Positions 34,153 to 46,000 of a stretch of DNA of 64,000 nt are shown here, piece after piece (position 1 is the first letter of the stretch; every line of letters starts with the position of its first letter). This DNA comes from Podarcis filfolensis (taxonomy: Eukaryota): assembly GCA_964270895.1 (NCBI GenBank), contig OZ185439.1, one strand, 5' to 3'. A program made the translations under genes and the position numbers. The notes under the pieces are model-generated. The model was not told where the DNA came from. It worked only from the letters and a program-made list of their open reading frames with translations, and did no database searches.

Positions 34153-36333
34153 TTTTAACCAAGTGCTGGGGGCAGGTTCAAAATAGAAGTGGCAGTTTAA
34201 CCCTTAGTGTAACCTATCTCTTTCTTTGCTTAGCTTCTTTGGTGGGTTTCTATCTGAAAAAAGAGCATACATTTGGTATGCAGAAGACAGCACCACCCCA
34301 GGAGGTGACATCATCTTCCCTGCTGTGTAATAATAAGTGCCAGTGCTTTGACCCTGACCCTCCCTGCTTGGCTACGCCACTGGTTACTGCCCTATTTGGA
34401 AGCTATTTTAAAACTTCCTGTTACTTTTGCTTTAATTTTCAGCCTGCAACTACTCTATTAAATTACAAGACCAAAGCAGCCAGTAAGACTAGCCACAGCA
34501 ATTATATAATGCCTGTATGCAGGAAACACCCCTTAAGAGCCTAATTTGATTGCCGTTTCAATATATCCTGGCTGGGTCTAATATGTAGGTTACTGGATTA
34601 GGTTATGTCACAGTTTGAGATGATCTGGTATCATAAATCTGCCACTTAAAACTAATTAAGTAATTGTGAGTATTGTTTTCAAAAGAGGATTGAGCTACTC
34701 ATCCTCTGTTCCCAGTGACACCAGCAAGACTAGTTAAAGCTAGTGTCAAAGAAGTGCCCATTTAACATGCCACTATGCGCAATTCATTTAAAAAATAAAT
34801 AAATCAAAACTTTATTCTAAGATCAAAATAACAGTCCAGTAAAAAAGAAAAGAAAAAAATAACCCAGCTTCAAAGTACATTATCAAGTAACTCACAATAA
34901 GTTAGATGTCAGAAAACAATAAATGACCTGATCCAAAGAGAATACAAAACAAATAAATACCAAATAAAGCCATATTTTATTAGGACTTGCCATCTCCGCG
35001 ACAGACTTTTCATATGAATAACAAGCAGCTGCCAAATAGAGGCAAAATCCATAGGTTTAGCTGCACCCTGAGATACTGCTAATTTATGAGTCAATTTTTC
35101 AGAAATAAGGATAAACATGACTTAAACCAAGTATCAAAAATTGATAAAAGACATTATTTGTGGTCTAAAGGCACTATTATTTCAGAAATTTCCTTCATTG
35201 TCTCTTCCCAAAATTTGTACACACGTTTACAAGACCACCACATGTGCCAATAGGTTCCATTGCATTGCATTCCATCCCCTCCAACACAAGGGGACCTACT
35301 CTAGTTTTATGGGCGAGACAGACTGGAATAAAAACAAAAACAAAAAACTTGATTCCAGGTTATTTTTAAGAGGTTTCATTTTCCAAGGCACCTACAGTGC
35401 ACTCCCAAACAAAGAAAATGAAATGAAAATAAACCCATCAAGATAAAGTCTTCGCTACCCCTTCACAGATATTAAAATTCCAATGCAATGAACCATAAAG
35501 CTATTGTCCAGATTGCTGCTAGGTGTGGGTCCAGAAACGGAAAGCCTTCCAGGAAAAAGCAGAGAGGGGTGGAACTAGAAGGAAGAGGAAAACATTACCT
35601 GGAGACAAGACATTCCATAAACAAAAGCTCCCAGACATGAATGTTATTCCTTTTTGCCTCCAAATAGGTGTGTCTTTGTTTAGGACCACAAATGACATTT
35701 TCCTACAGAGAGATAATATCAGAGCCAAACCATGGAAGATTTGTGACTGGCTCCCCTGACCTCAGGGCTTTATTTGAGAATATACTATATCACTCTCCCT
35801 AAAGCTACATCATGTCTTTTCAAGGGAAGTAACTGAGGCCTTTTCCCACACTTATCTTTTGCCTCACATTTTCCAGGCACAGGCCTGCACTTTAAAGCTC
35901 CATGTCGAAGTGCTCATTCCCCACCCCCTACGCTGGAGCTTTCCCCACAAAAATCCGCTCTTTAAAGCTGAAGCGCAACAAGCAGCAGTTCAGATTTTCC
36001 ACGGATTGCCATTTGCTCCAATTCAGTGGTAAAGTTTTCGCAGGGAAAGCTCCAGACTCAGAGCAAAAAAGTGCTTGGACACAGAGCTTTAAAGCACAGA
36101 CCATGCCTGGAAAGCATGGAGGAAAGGTAAGTGTGGATAAGCCCCAAGTCTGACCTGATTGGATACAAAGCCACCCCATTTTCTCTGCCCACTCCTGTCC
36201 AAGTTCTAGCATTGCCCGACATCTTTTTCCCCCTTAAAACTAGTCACAGGGGCACCAGTTTGGACTGTGTGGCACTGGAGGACCATTTCCTCAACTTAAA
36301 CCATCAGACACGCAAGCTGCTATTAGCTATATA

Positions 36334-36551
36334 CAGTAGTACCTTGGGTTACAGACGCTTCAGGTTACAGACTCTGCTAACCCAGAATTAGTACCTCGGG
36401 TTAAGAACTTTGCTTCAGGATGAGAACATAAATCGTGTGACAGCGGCAGCGGGAGGCCCCATTAACTAAAGTGGTACCTCAGGTTAAGAACAGTTTCAGG
36501 TTAAGAACGGACCTCCAGAACAAATTAAGTTCTTAACCCGAGATACCACTG
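36334..36551. mobile_element. Tc1/mariner MITE
   Basis: TIRs cagtagtacctt / agataccactg with TA TSD. Same family as 2903 and 53073. Confidence 0.88.
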
Positions 36552-37478
36552 TATTGGGGCCAGATGAGAAAAAGATCTACCCATATCATATTTATATTTT
36601 TTGCCCTCTGAAGCTCATAGTTGCTTTGAGAGGATGGAGTTTGATTGAGCAGATGGCCTAAGAAAAGGGTTTTTAAAAATCTATCCTCTCATTGCCCTAT
36701 CCCCCCATCCTCAGCTGCTACTTTTCATCAAAGGAAAAGACATCAGGAAATCAAATCATGGGCCTCTCATGTCACATGTAGTTTGACATTCAGTCTTTAA
36801 AAAATTGTGTGCAGTGGCAAGTGTTTACCGAAGTGCATATGTCATGAAGCCATTGCCAAGTAAATAAATCTTGCGTCATAAATGACAGTCTACACCAGGT
36901 GTGGAGAACCTTTGGTTCTCCAGATGTTCCTGAACTACAGTTCCCATCAGCCCCAGCAAGGGGGTGGTCAAAAGTTCCCCACACCTATCTACACAATTTT
37001 GTTTTGCCATATGGGAAAAACATTACAGCAGAACACTGTGGTGCAGACCAAAGGTCTTGGAGTTCTGCAGTAATCCTCCAATGCCTTCTTCTGGATATCT
37101 GTCCACCAGGACACAATATCCATCATTCCTGTTCTAGCAGGACATCATTTGATGCCATTAGTACCAACAGAAGCCACTGAGTGGTCCAGCACAAGCATCT
37201 AGGATGCAGTCCCCATGCCCAGTTCCCAGCCAAGGTCATCCCCCAACACAACCCTAACTGGGGGTCAGTTCCTCACTGGGTCAGAAACAACATGAATAGA
37301 ATATTCTAACTAAAGTTTGTTTAATAGTCAGAATGGCTCCTGGAAGGAGCAGAGAGAGAGGAAACTTATTGGTCTCTACAGGCACAGCAGGCACTGTAAC
37401 TCTTCAATGGTTTTGAAATGTAAAATTTGTTGTGAGCCTCCTAGAGTGGCTTGGGCAACCCAGTCAGATGGGTGGCTG

Positions 37479-37496
37479 CTTCTTCTTCTTCTTCTT

Positions 37497-37526
<30 letters not shown>
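37479..37526. repeat. (CTT)16 microsatellite between L2-like tail remnants
   Basis: Direct read. Explains the poly-Leu ORF 37317-37562. Confidence 0.95.
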
Positions 37527-37527
<1 letters not shown>

Positions 37528-37648
37528 TACCAACATATAACACATTAAAAATTAAACATTAAAAAAGTCTCAACAAAGGGCTGCCTTCAGGTGTCTTCTA
37601 AAGGTTGTTTAGTTACTTAACTCCTGGGGCTCAGGGGTTGCATAACTC

Positions 37649-37765
37649 CATACCCTCCAACATTCTCTGATGAAAATAGGGACATCCTAAGGAAAAGTGG
37701 GACATTCTAGAATGAATTCAGAAACTGGGATGACTTCTGTAAATCTGGGACACTTGGAAGCTCTG
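37649..37765. mobile_element. Short DNA-transposon-like repeat
   Basis: cataccctccaacatt...aaatagggacatcc...gggacacttggaagctctg. No TSD match found. Confidence 0.45.
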
Positions 37766-38487
37766 GGTTTTTGCATGCACACCCAGCGGGGTCCAATTTC
37801 TGAGGATCTCTTCCGTACATTGCCTGAATGATGTTTCCACACAATCATTTTTGTTTTTCCGTTCTCCACAGCTGATTGCATATTTTCAATCTGCACTACC
37901 TTCCCCCCAACACATATACCCTATGGATGAAAATAGGCTGGATTACTCCCAATTCCAGATCTGTGTGACTAATTCCAGTGTGTTTCTTCCTTTTAAAGAG
38001 GCAAGGCTATGGATTTGAGGGGAGTGATGATCAGTTCACTATTTCTCCAAACAGGGCAGGCACACTCTGCCATTCCCCTTTCTAGAAGCTGATCCATTCT
38101 TCACCTGAAAACAAACTGCACAGCTGTAATCATGGCCAGACAGTCACCCAGCCCAGCTATTATAGAAGTGCCCATTCAGCAACACTGACGCCAACACCTG
38201 CTCTTCCTCCTCCTCCTCCTTCCTCTGCAACCTCCACTGTCCTCATTTGTGTGGCTTCCTAATCTTAATTACCGCCTGCCTGCTGTTCTTTCTTCCTCAG
38301 CTCTCAATTGCTAATATCCAAGCACAAAATGAACTCCAGGCCCATAAAATACACTTTCAGCAAACACTGGGAAAGCAAAGCACTTAGTGATGAGAGGCAG
38401 GCAGCAGCAAGGTCCTTTTGTCAGAGGGGAATTTTGCAAAGAAGCAAAAATAAAGATTCTGTGCTTCTCTTTGTAGTTGTTTGTCTG

Positions 38488-38492
<5 letters not shown>

Positions 38493-38536
<44 letters not shown>
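38493..38536. repeat. (TC)22 microsatellite
   Basis: Direct read. Explains the poly-ER and poly-LS ORFs. Confidence 0.95.
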
Positions 38537-38538
<2 letters not shown>

Positions 38539-41203
38539 ACCCCCAACCTTTATTTTTTGTGCTCCAGCATACCACAGCCAGTGGCTGCATTGCAAACCAA
38601 ACAGGAGCTTTCCAGTCTGCCTTATCTGTGCTTTATTTTTAGGTGAAGTCACGTTGTTGTCTACCGGCTGAAATATCTTGCAGCGCGAAGCGGACGTTTG
38701 CTACAGGAGAACCCTGGGCTGCTGCGCTAGCACACTTGGAGAAGACGTCACCGGGCTGGCACCTAGTGCAAATCTTCAGATCTGGTCCGCTTGACGTAGC
38801 CGTGCATCTGTCACTGCTTAGGCAATGAGGCGGAAATGCTTTCCTTAGCCCTGGCTAAGATGCCTGTCTCCTGTCTTCTTCATTGAAAAAAAAAGTCGAC
38901 TCCAGCCAGCTTATCTGCTTTGCCCATTCATGACAACAAAGAACAGCCGCTGCTCTATGCTCATTGGGCAGAAACGGTGTTCCCTGGATTGCCTCTGACA
39001 ATAAAGGTTTAAGTAAAGGCTATTGCCTTGGATGCCTCTGGTGTACATAACTGGCCCTGTAATCCAGTATTAATTCCTGTGCCCTTGAACCTTTCTGGTG
39101 CCAAATACAAGCTGTGGCTTCTACTGATTCAGCTGAGGTCTTATGCCATCCATGTTCAACCCACACAGCACAGGAGGGAGGGGAGGGGTGAGGTCAGGGT
39201 GGCCTTTACCTAATGGTGAAACTAGTTTGTGTCAGTTCCAAAGGAACAGGTCACTTTTTTGCCCTGTTAACATGAAAGTGGGATTTTTAAAAATGTCATA
39301 TTGATCCTATATAGGGCACATACAGCTACCACAGTCATTCTGTCATCAAGTAGTTCCACAAACCACCCAAAGATTGTCCCTTCCACCTGCTGATGTTAAG
39401 CCTCTGTAGGCATGTCTGCCATACGTTTCCACCACATTCCCATTTCTGTTCTTCCCCAGGTTAACATGCAAACCATGATAAATTAAAACTATGCTAGGTG
39501 GGGAACATTCTTAAATTAATCAGAGATTACAGCTGCTAGAAAGGAAGACCTCCCATCCTGCTGGGTTCCCAGCAGGATATGAACCCAGACCTCATCCACT
39601 TCCTGTTCTGTTCCACAAGATAGGATTTGAATGGGGGACACCAATGACATTTGAAAGGGGGAGAAATGGTGTGCAGCTCATGCTTCTTACTTTGGGCCAC
39701 CTGTTTAACCTTTGCAACACAGTGATTTTTGCATTGCTACACTTGGGAAGACACAGCCCAGTAAAGTGTATGTTACTCCAGTTACAATGGTGAGAAAAGG
39801 AGGAGTATTTTATAAGGCTAGCTAATAGGAATTACATCTTGGGAGCATATCTGGGCTGGGGCTCGAAGGCTAAGCATTTGCTTCCACCTTTGCAGTGTGA
39901 AAGCCTTGTCACCCGATGGTGGAATCAGGGGCATGGTGCCATTTGATACATTGCTATTCAAGATTTACTGCGTATACAATGTAGTATTGTATACAATAAT
40001 GTATATAATTACTATGTATACAACAGATGCTAAAGAAGTGGAAAAGGACAAAGAAGGCAAAAGGGGTCCAGAATTATATGCAGTAGTTACGATCCACCCA
40101 CCTTTTCTACCCATGGAGAGAGTTTCCTCAAGACATTGATAGGAAAGTCCTAGACGGGGGACTCTGGGGGATGCTTTACAGTTCTCATATCTATTTCTCC
40201 AAGGAACGAACACCCAAGCGAGAAAGAGGAAAGATGCACTGCTTAAGTTTTTTCCCTTGATTAACCTGCCCCACCTTTTCTTTCACTTATTTCGCATACT
40301 AATTCACATTGCAGGCAGGCAAGATAGAATGGAAACTGGGAACCAGTCCATTCAATGAGCTTACATGATCTTCTAAAAAATATGCCCAAATGTTTTGCTT
40401 TCCAGACATTTAGCAGCAGTAATGGAGGCAGGCATGTTTTCCTTCCTGAGAGGCAGAGTCCTTCATTAGCCATGAGGCAGTTCCTGGGAGCACCTTCTCC
40501 AAGAGAACATCCTGGTCTGGCAGCAGTGGGACAACAATAATGTTTCCTGGATGTGTGATTGTCCTGGGAGATGCCCAGCAAGCAGGACTCCCTACTGCTT
40601 CTCTACCCACCCACCCCCACAGCCCTGAGCAGCATAAGGGTCCAGCCAACAAACAGGGCAGCTCCTTGAGATTGAAAAAAATGTGAGCACTGGGAAACAA
40701 AACACAACAAATGTCCCATGACTGAAACATTTGGTAGGCATCAGCCATACAGCTAATTAGTGAGGTACTGTATTTCCATACTGTACTTAATTTTTAAGGT
40801 TGCATAGGGAGAGTTCTCAATGAAGTGTAGTACCTGGCTTGGACTGCACCACTTCAGCTGGCAGATGAGTTCTCAGAGGATGGCATTAATGTGGGTGAAA
40901 ATCTTTGCAGATAGAAATCTTAACATGTCAGGGAGAAAACTAGGGTGCCACACTTTTCCTTGGCATCTAGTTTTCTATCTGCAAGGATTTCCCCCATTTT
41001 GTACGGAGGATCATCCAAATGACACATGCATGTATTTCTGTGATCCTTTAGGAACAATTTTTAAAACATGGTTTAATGACAGAGACTGCAATTTGAAACA
41101 GAAGACAGGCATGGAAGGAGCCAGACCTTCCCTCAAGGCATTTTTCAATAAACAAACCCTCCCCAGTTGCTTTTAGCCTTGCTGGGGAATTGATACATAT
41201 ACT

Positions 41204-41377
41204 CAGCGTTTTTTTCTTTAAAAAGGGTTAGCAGTACTCTCATTTTGACTCAAGAAAATCACCATTTTATAGTTCAAATCAGGAAAAATAAATACAGTAA
41301 ATGGACAAAAGTCAAAGATTCACAAAATGTTTAGGGGTAGGCGTACCCCCTGTGTACCCCCAGGAAAAAAAGAACTG
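41204..41377. mobile_element. hAT MITE
   Basis: cagcgtttttt...aaaaaaagaactg termini with perfect 8-bp TSD catatact (41196-41203, 41378-41385). Confidence 0.85.
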
Positions 41378-42357
41378 CATATACTTACGTCTTCCCTGTC
41401 CCCACCATCTGGATATTTTTTTTTGGGGGGGAAGCAATATTCAGTAGTGAAATGCCACAAGAGAAAACTGTTAAGAAGGTCTGTCTCCACCAACCCTTAA
41501 TGGTTTTCTACTCTAAATTTCAGCCTCCCCAGAAAGTACCACAGATCTATTCATAAAGTGCCCTTCCTGAGAAAGGAAGAGACTGATCAGAAGCAAGTTT
41601 TCGAAAGGAGGCAGGCATGAGAAGGTTGCTGAAGGGTGTTGTAGGTGGAGCAATAAAATTAAAATAAAAAATAAAGTGTCCTTCCATCCTTTAGAACTAG
41701 GCCAAAGTTTTCAAAAGAGTGTGTGTTGATGGAGGAAGATCTTTTGCACTTAGGGCTTTGAGGAGACTGCTGCGTTAATGCCTCTGACGCACATAAAACC
41801 ATTTTACTTCCTGAGCCATTTTACTGTGCAATTGCTTTTAACGAACTGCGAAAATTGCAGCATTAGTATCTTTTCCTAAGAAAGTCCCCTGCACCTTGTT
41901 TCTCCACCTTTTAATGTCAGATAAAATATACTGAAACTAGCAAATAAAATCAGCCCATTTGTATGACTTGGTTAGGTGCTAGGAATTAGCCGGCAGACTT
42001 TAATCCAGTGGCTCCTAGTTAACACTGCCTTTGCCTGGTAAGCTGATTATGATAAATAGGCATGCCATGTCTTAGAAGGCGGCTGGAATCAGATCAGCCA
42101 AATGCAGGTGGCCAGTCAAGCATTTAAACACACACGCACTTACTGAGGAGGAGGACTCTGAGTTAGCTTTGCTGATGGATCTCAGCAGGATTTCTCAAGA
42201 GTAATTCATGAACTGATGCCACTGACCATCTGAGTTTGAATGCCCCTAGTGAAGATGCTATGCAATTGTTAGGGTTCAAGTGAGCACTTGCTTGGTTGCT
42301 TCTGTTATTATTATCACCAACAACTGAAGCAAAGTGCTTCCCCTTGGGATGAAACAT

Positions 42358-42665
42358 ACTTCTTCATGCACACAGCTGAACTATAGAATTTGCTCCCACA
42401 CAAGGCCACCAACTTGCATGGCTTCAAAAGAAGATTAGACAAATTCATGGAAGGCAAGGATTTCAATGGCTATTAGGTACAATGCCTATGCTCTGCTTCC
42501 ACAGTCAGAGACAATAATGCTTCTACCAATTGCTGGAAACTGCCAGAGAGGAAGGTACTCTTGTGCCCAAGTCCTGCTGAGGCATCTGGTTGGCCACTGT
42601 GAGAACAGGATGCTGGACTAGATGGGCCATTGGCCTGATCCAGCAGAGCTCTTCTTATGTTCTTA
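42358..42665 (+). mobile_element. CR1 LINE 3' end
   Basis: ggccaccaacttgcatggcttcaaaagaagattagacaaattcatgga, then tail ggttggccactgtgagaacaggatgctggactagatgggccattggcctgatccagcag...cttatgttctta. Confidence 0.78.
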
Positions 42666-42964
42666 TATCAGCCATTAATTCTAAGGAGCCTCGGGCTATG
42701 AGCAAATAATTCTGAGGGTCCTAAATGGAAGAGAAGAATTAGCAGATGGACAGACTGGGATGAAGGGAGCATCAGAAGAGCACTGCTAAATCAGACCAAA
42801 GACCTATCCACTCCAATAATCTTTCCCACAGCCTCTGATCAGATGCCTATGGAAAGCCAACAAGCAGAACGTGAGGATCAAAGCCCAGTGGTGCCACTGA
42901 GGCTTGACTTTAAGGCAGAGGTGGGGAACTCCTTCCAGCCCAAAGGACACAGTTTAACAATGCA

Positions 42965-43090
42965 TTCTGGGAAGAAGAAATGTCTCTTGCCTGTCCTGAA
43001 TTTTCCACCATTGAGCTTCACTGTATCATCCTGAGTTTTGGTATTATACTGAGAGGGGAGGGACTTTCTCCACAGCATGCATGGACCTTA
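42965..43090 (-). mobile_element. CR1 ORF2 3' remnant
   Basis: Minus-strand LNGGKFRTGKRHFFFPECIVKL resembles the CR1 RT C-terminus (seen in ORF 42878-43078). Confidence 0.6.
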
Positions 43091-46000
43091 AATGCAGCTG
43101 TACACTGTATTTAAAATCTGTAACATTTCTACTTCTCTAAGAAGCACAGAACAGGGCACATGGGACTGCCAGACCCAGTCTCTCATCTAAGCAGTCTCCA
43201 AGTGTAGATATTCTTAGCTCCTAAAATAGAACAGCATCCCACACAATCTGACCATTTCCCATTTATTCATTACTTCCCAATTAGCTGAGTGTTCCTCCAC
43301 CCCTGTCTTCTTTACTAGACTAATCTCATCACTACAAAAAGAAAGTAAGTGAAGCCAAGATCATCCTAGATGTAGTGGGAAATCAGGTACCAGTTCACTA
43401 ACTAGAGCTGGGCATTCAAGTTTGATAATAAAGCTTTGATCTAATATTCTCATGCCCTCTTTCCAGTATGCAATCTCAGTGAAATGTGTTATCTGCATTT
43501 CCTGCCTGGTCCTTCAGATGTGGTTGATATGTGAGATAAGCACATCCCTCAGAGAGTTCATCTCCAAAGCAAAGGCTTTCAAGGTGTCACATAACCAAGC
43601 CATAACCAGATAAGTCATGTAGGAGGGAGTTAAGCCTGGCTTTGCTGGTTAGTTTGTGTCCTTTAGCTGCTGCTCTTTGACTGGGAAGCTCCCCCTTCTC
43701 TTGCTCTGCTATGTTGATTCAAAACAGGCCTGACACATACCGTAGGTGCAATCTGCATTAGAACTAGCCAAGGCTAAACTTAAATGAGTAGCGATACAAC
43801 TCGGCTTGTTGCTAAAAAAGCGATGCGGTTTTCCGCAGAAGCCTGCAAGTCACAGCATGGAATTTTGTCTTTGGCAAAGCTTACGTGGTTACTGGAATGT
43901 CATTGCATGCAATCTGTATTTATTAGGTTTTAATTAATTTACTGGAATTTCTGCAAGCCATTGTAAGCTTTGCACATCACAAACAGGAGAGGAGAGGAAG
44001 CACTTACGATGGTGTTTCCTGCAAAACGTCCTTGGGAGAAGATGTATGTCAAGACTCACCTTAGACATTATACACAGGAAGTGCCAAGAGAGAAAGCCAT
44101 GCCCTCTCTTCCTACTTCTGTGTGACTCACTAAGCCACTCTCAACAAACACTGTCAACCTAATCCAGCAAAGGAGATTCGTGTGCAGAAGTAGGCTTACG
44201 TGTGTGCAGCTGAGGTGGACGCACATCCACCTCCTTGTAACCTCAGAACCCACCTTTATCCTCAATAGTACTGATGCAAAGGCAGACTGATGCATCATCC
44301 TCTAACCCCTTCCTTACCATTGCTCACCCTTTCCCACTGCCCACTGAAGCTAAAGGGACTTTTCACTTTCAAAATATAAAATAAAATGAACTGATCTGGT
44401 CACAGCTGAGTATGTCCTTGGAACATCCAACCTAGATTGCTGTAACATGCTGAACATGGGGCTGCTGTCTCTGAAGAGTGTTTGGAGACTGGAAAATGGT
44501 CCAAAAATGCAGCTGTGAGAGTCTCCACTAGGATTCATCATATGGGAGCTCAAGCAAGTGCTCCAATATTACAACTTCGTTGGCTTCCATTCTGTTTCCA
44601 GCTCCACACGTTCAAACAGCTGGTGCTTAAGATACTGGAAGATACCTTAAGGCCCTTCTCCTCCAATACAAAACTACCCCTTCTCTCATGTCCTTCTTCT
44701 TCTGAGGCTCTGCTTTGTGTCACCATCAGAAGTAAAAGCAGGTAGCTGTGTGGGACATGGCCTTTTCAGTAATTGCGTCCCGGCTTGGGAACTCCATTCC
44801 CCAAGAAGGTCATTTGGCTCTATCACTCCTGCTTTTCACTGTATTGTGAAGACTCTGCTGTCGCAGGCAGCTTTTGACAGCTTGTTAAATTGAGTTTGCG
44901 CTGGTGCCAATTCTTTTGTCCTAGGAGGAAAGGTTACTGTGTTTTGAGCTTTTTAGTTTTGGGGGGGTGAGTAATGGAGGACAGGATAGAAGCCCTTGCT
45001 GCTTCCATGCATCAGTTCAGCATGCAAACACAGCTACATGTGGTCCAGATGGAATGGAGAGAGCTGTGAGCTGTTTGCATACTGATAACACCAAGCCCAA
45101 ACTCCCTGCACCTAGTGGCTTCAAACAGATATTCAATAGCTTTGCCAGGGAGTGGGATGAGGAAAGGAACACTGTCAGGCCACGTAGCACAATTGCCCTG
45201 GAGCTGATAGCTCTGAAATGAATGAATTAAATAAAACAGCTACCCCCACAGCAAGCAGAAAACTATTACAGAATAATTAACCAAAATGTAAACACTTGGC
45301 AGTTGCTCAACCCCCACCCCGCACCCTGAAATGTCTTCTTTTGATTTCAGTGTTTAACAATTCTGAAACCTTTGAGACTAATCATGAGAAGATGGTGCTT
45401 CTGTTGGAGTCACTGGAAGGAACAAAGCTGGGAAGAAGGGAAGACAAGATGAAGACAAGATTAATCTATATGAAAGAAGCAGCTCAAAGGTAAAGTTTCC
45501 TGTTGACCACAGGAAAATCCGATCAAGCTGTTTCCTTCCTCTGTGCCTTTGATGTAGAGTGGCAAATGTTTGAAGCATCTGTTTGTTCCCCTGGCAGCTT
45601 GGAGTATCCCTGAGCCAAGTAGGTAAACACACTGCAGAGAGCTTCCTCCTACACCTCTGATGTCACCCAGATTATACTGAGCACCTAAGACCATCACGTG
45701 TGCTTCTGACTAAGCCCTGTTTGCTTACTGTAACATTTTGCGGAGGGTGGCGGGGGGGGGGAGCAAGAAGCAAATCCGGGCAAAGCAAACCGGTTCAAAG
45801 ACGGTTACATCCAGGGTCTTGCCATCTCAACAGTGGGGAATGAAATAAAAAGAACTGTGATGTGGCAGCATACAACATATGTGCGCTTGTGGAACAGATA
45901 AACCCTGCATGCTCTGCTCACACGCAAGGTGTTCCAGCGACTTCAGGATAACCAACTGCAGGATTAAAGAAAGCACACTTTGATCCCCTTCTGTCATCTA

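Noticed and set aside
38648-38657. TFEB CLEAR element regulating the LC3-like gene
   Set aside because: gtcacgttgt matches only 7/10 of GTCACGTGAC, lacks the CACGTG core, and is 14 kb away.
43890-44270. Cluster of minus-strand micro-exon candidates (11, 29 and about 70 nt)
   Set aside because: The implied introns are as short as about 42 nt, no coherent frame emerges, and the motif density is near chance.
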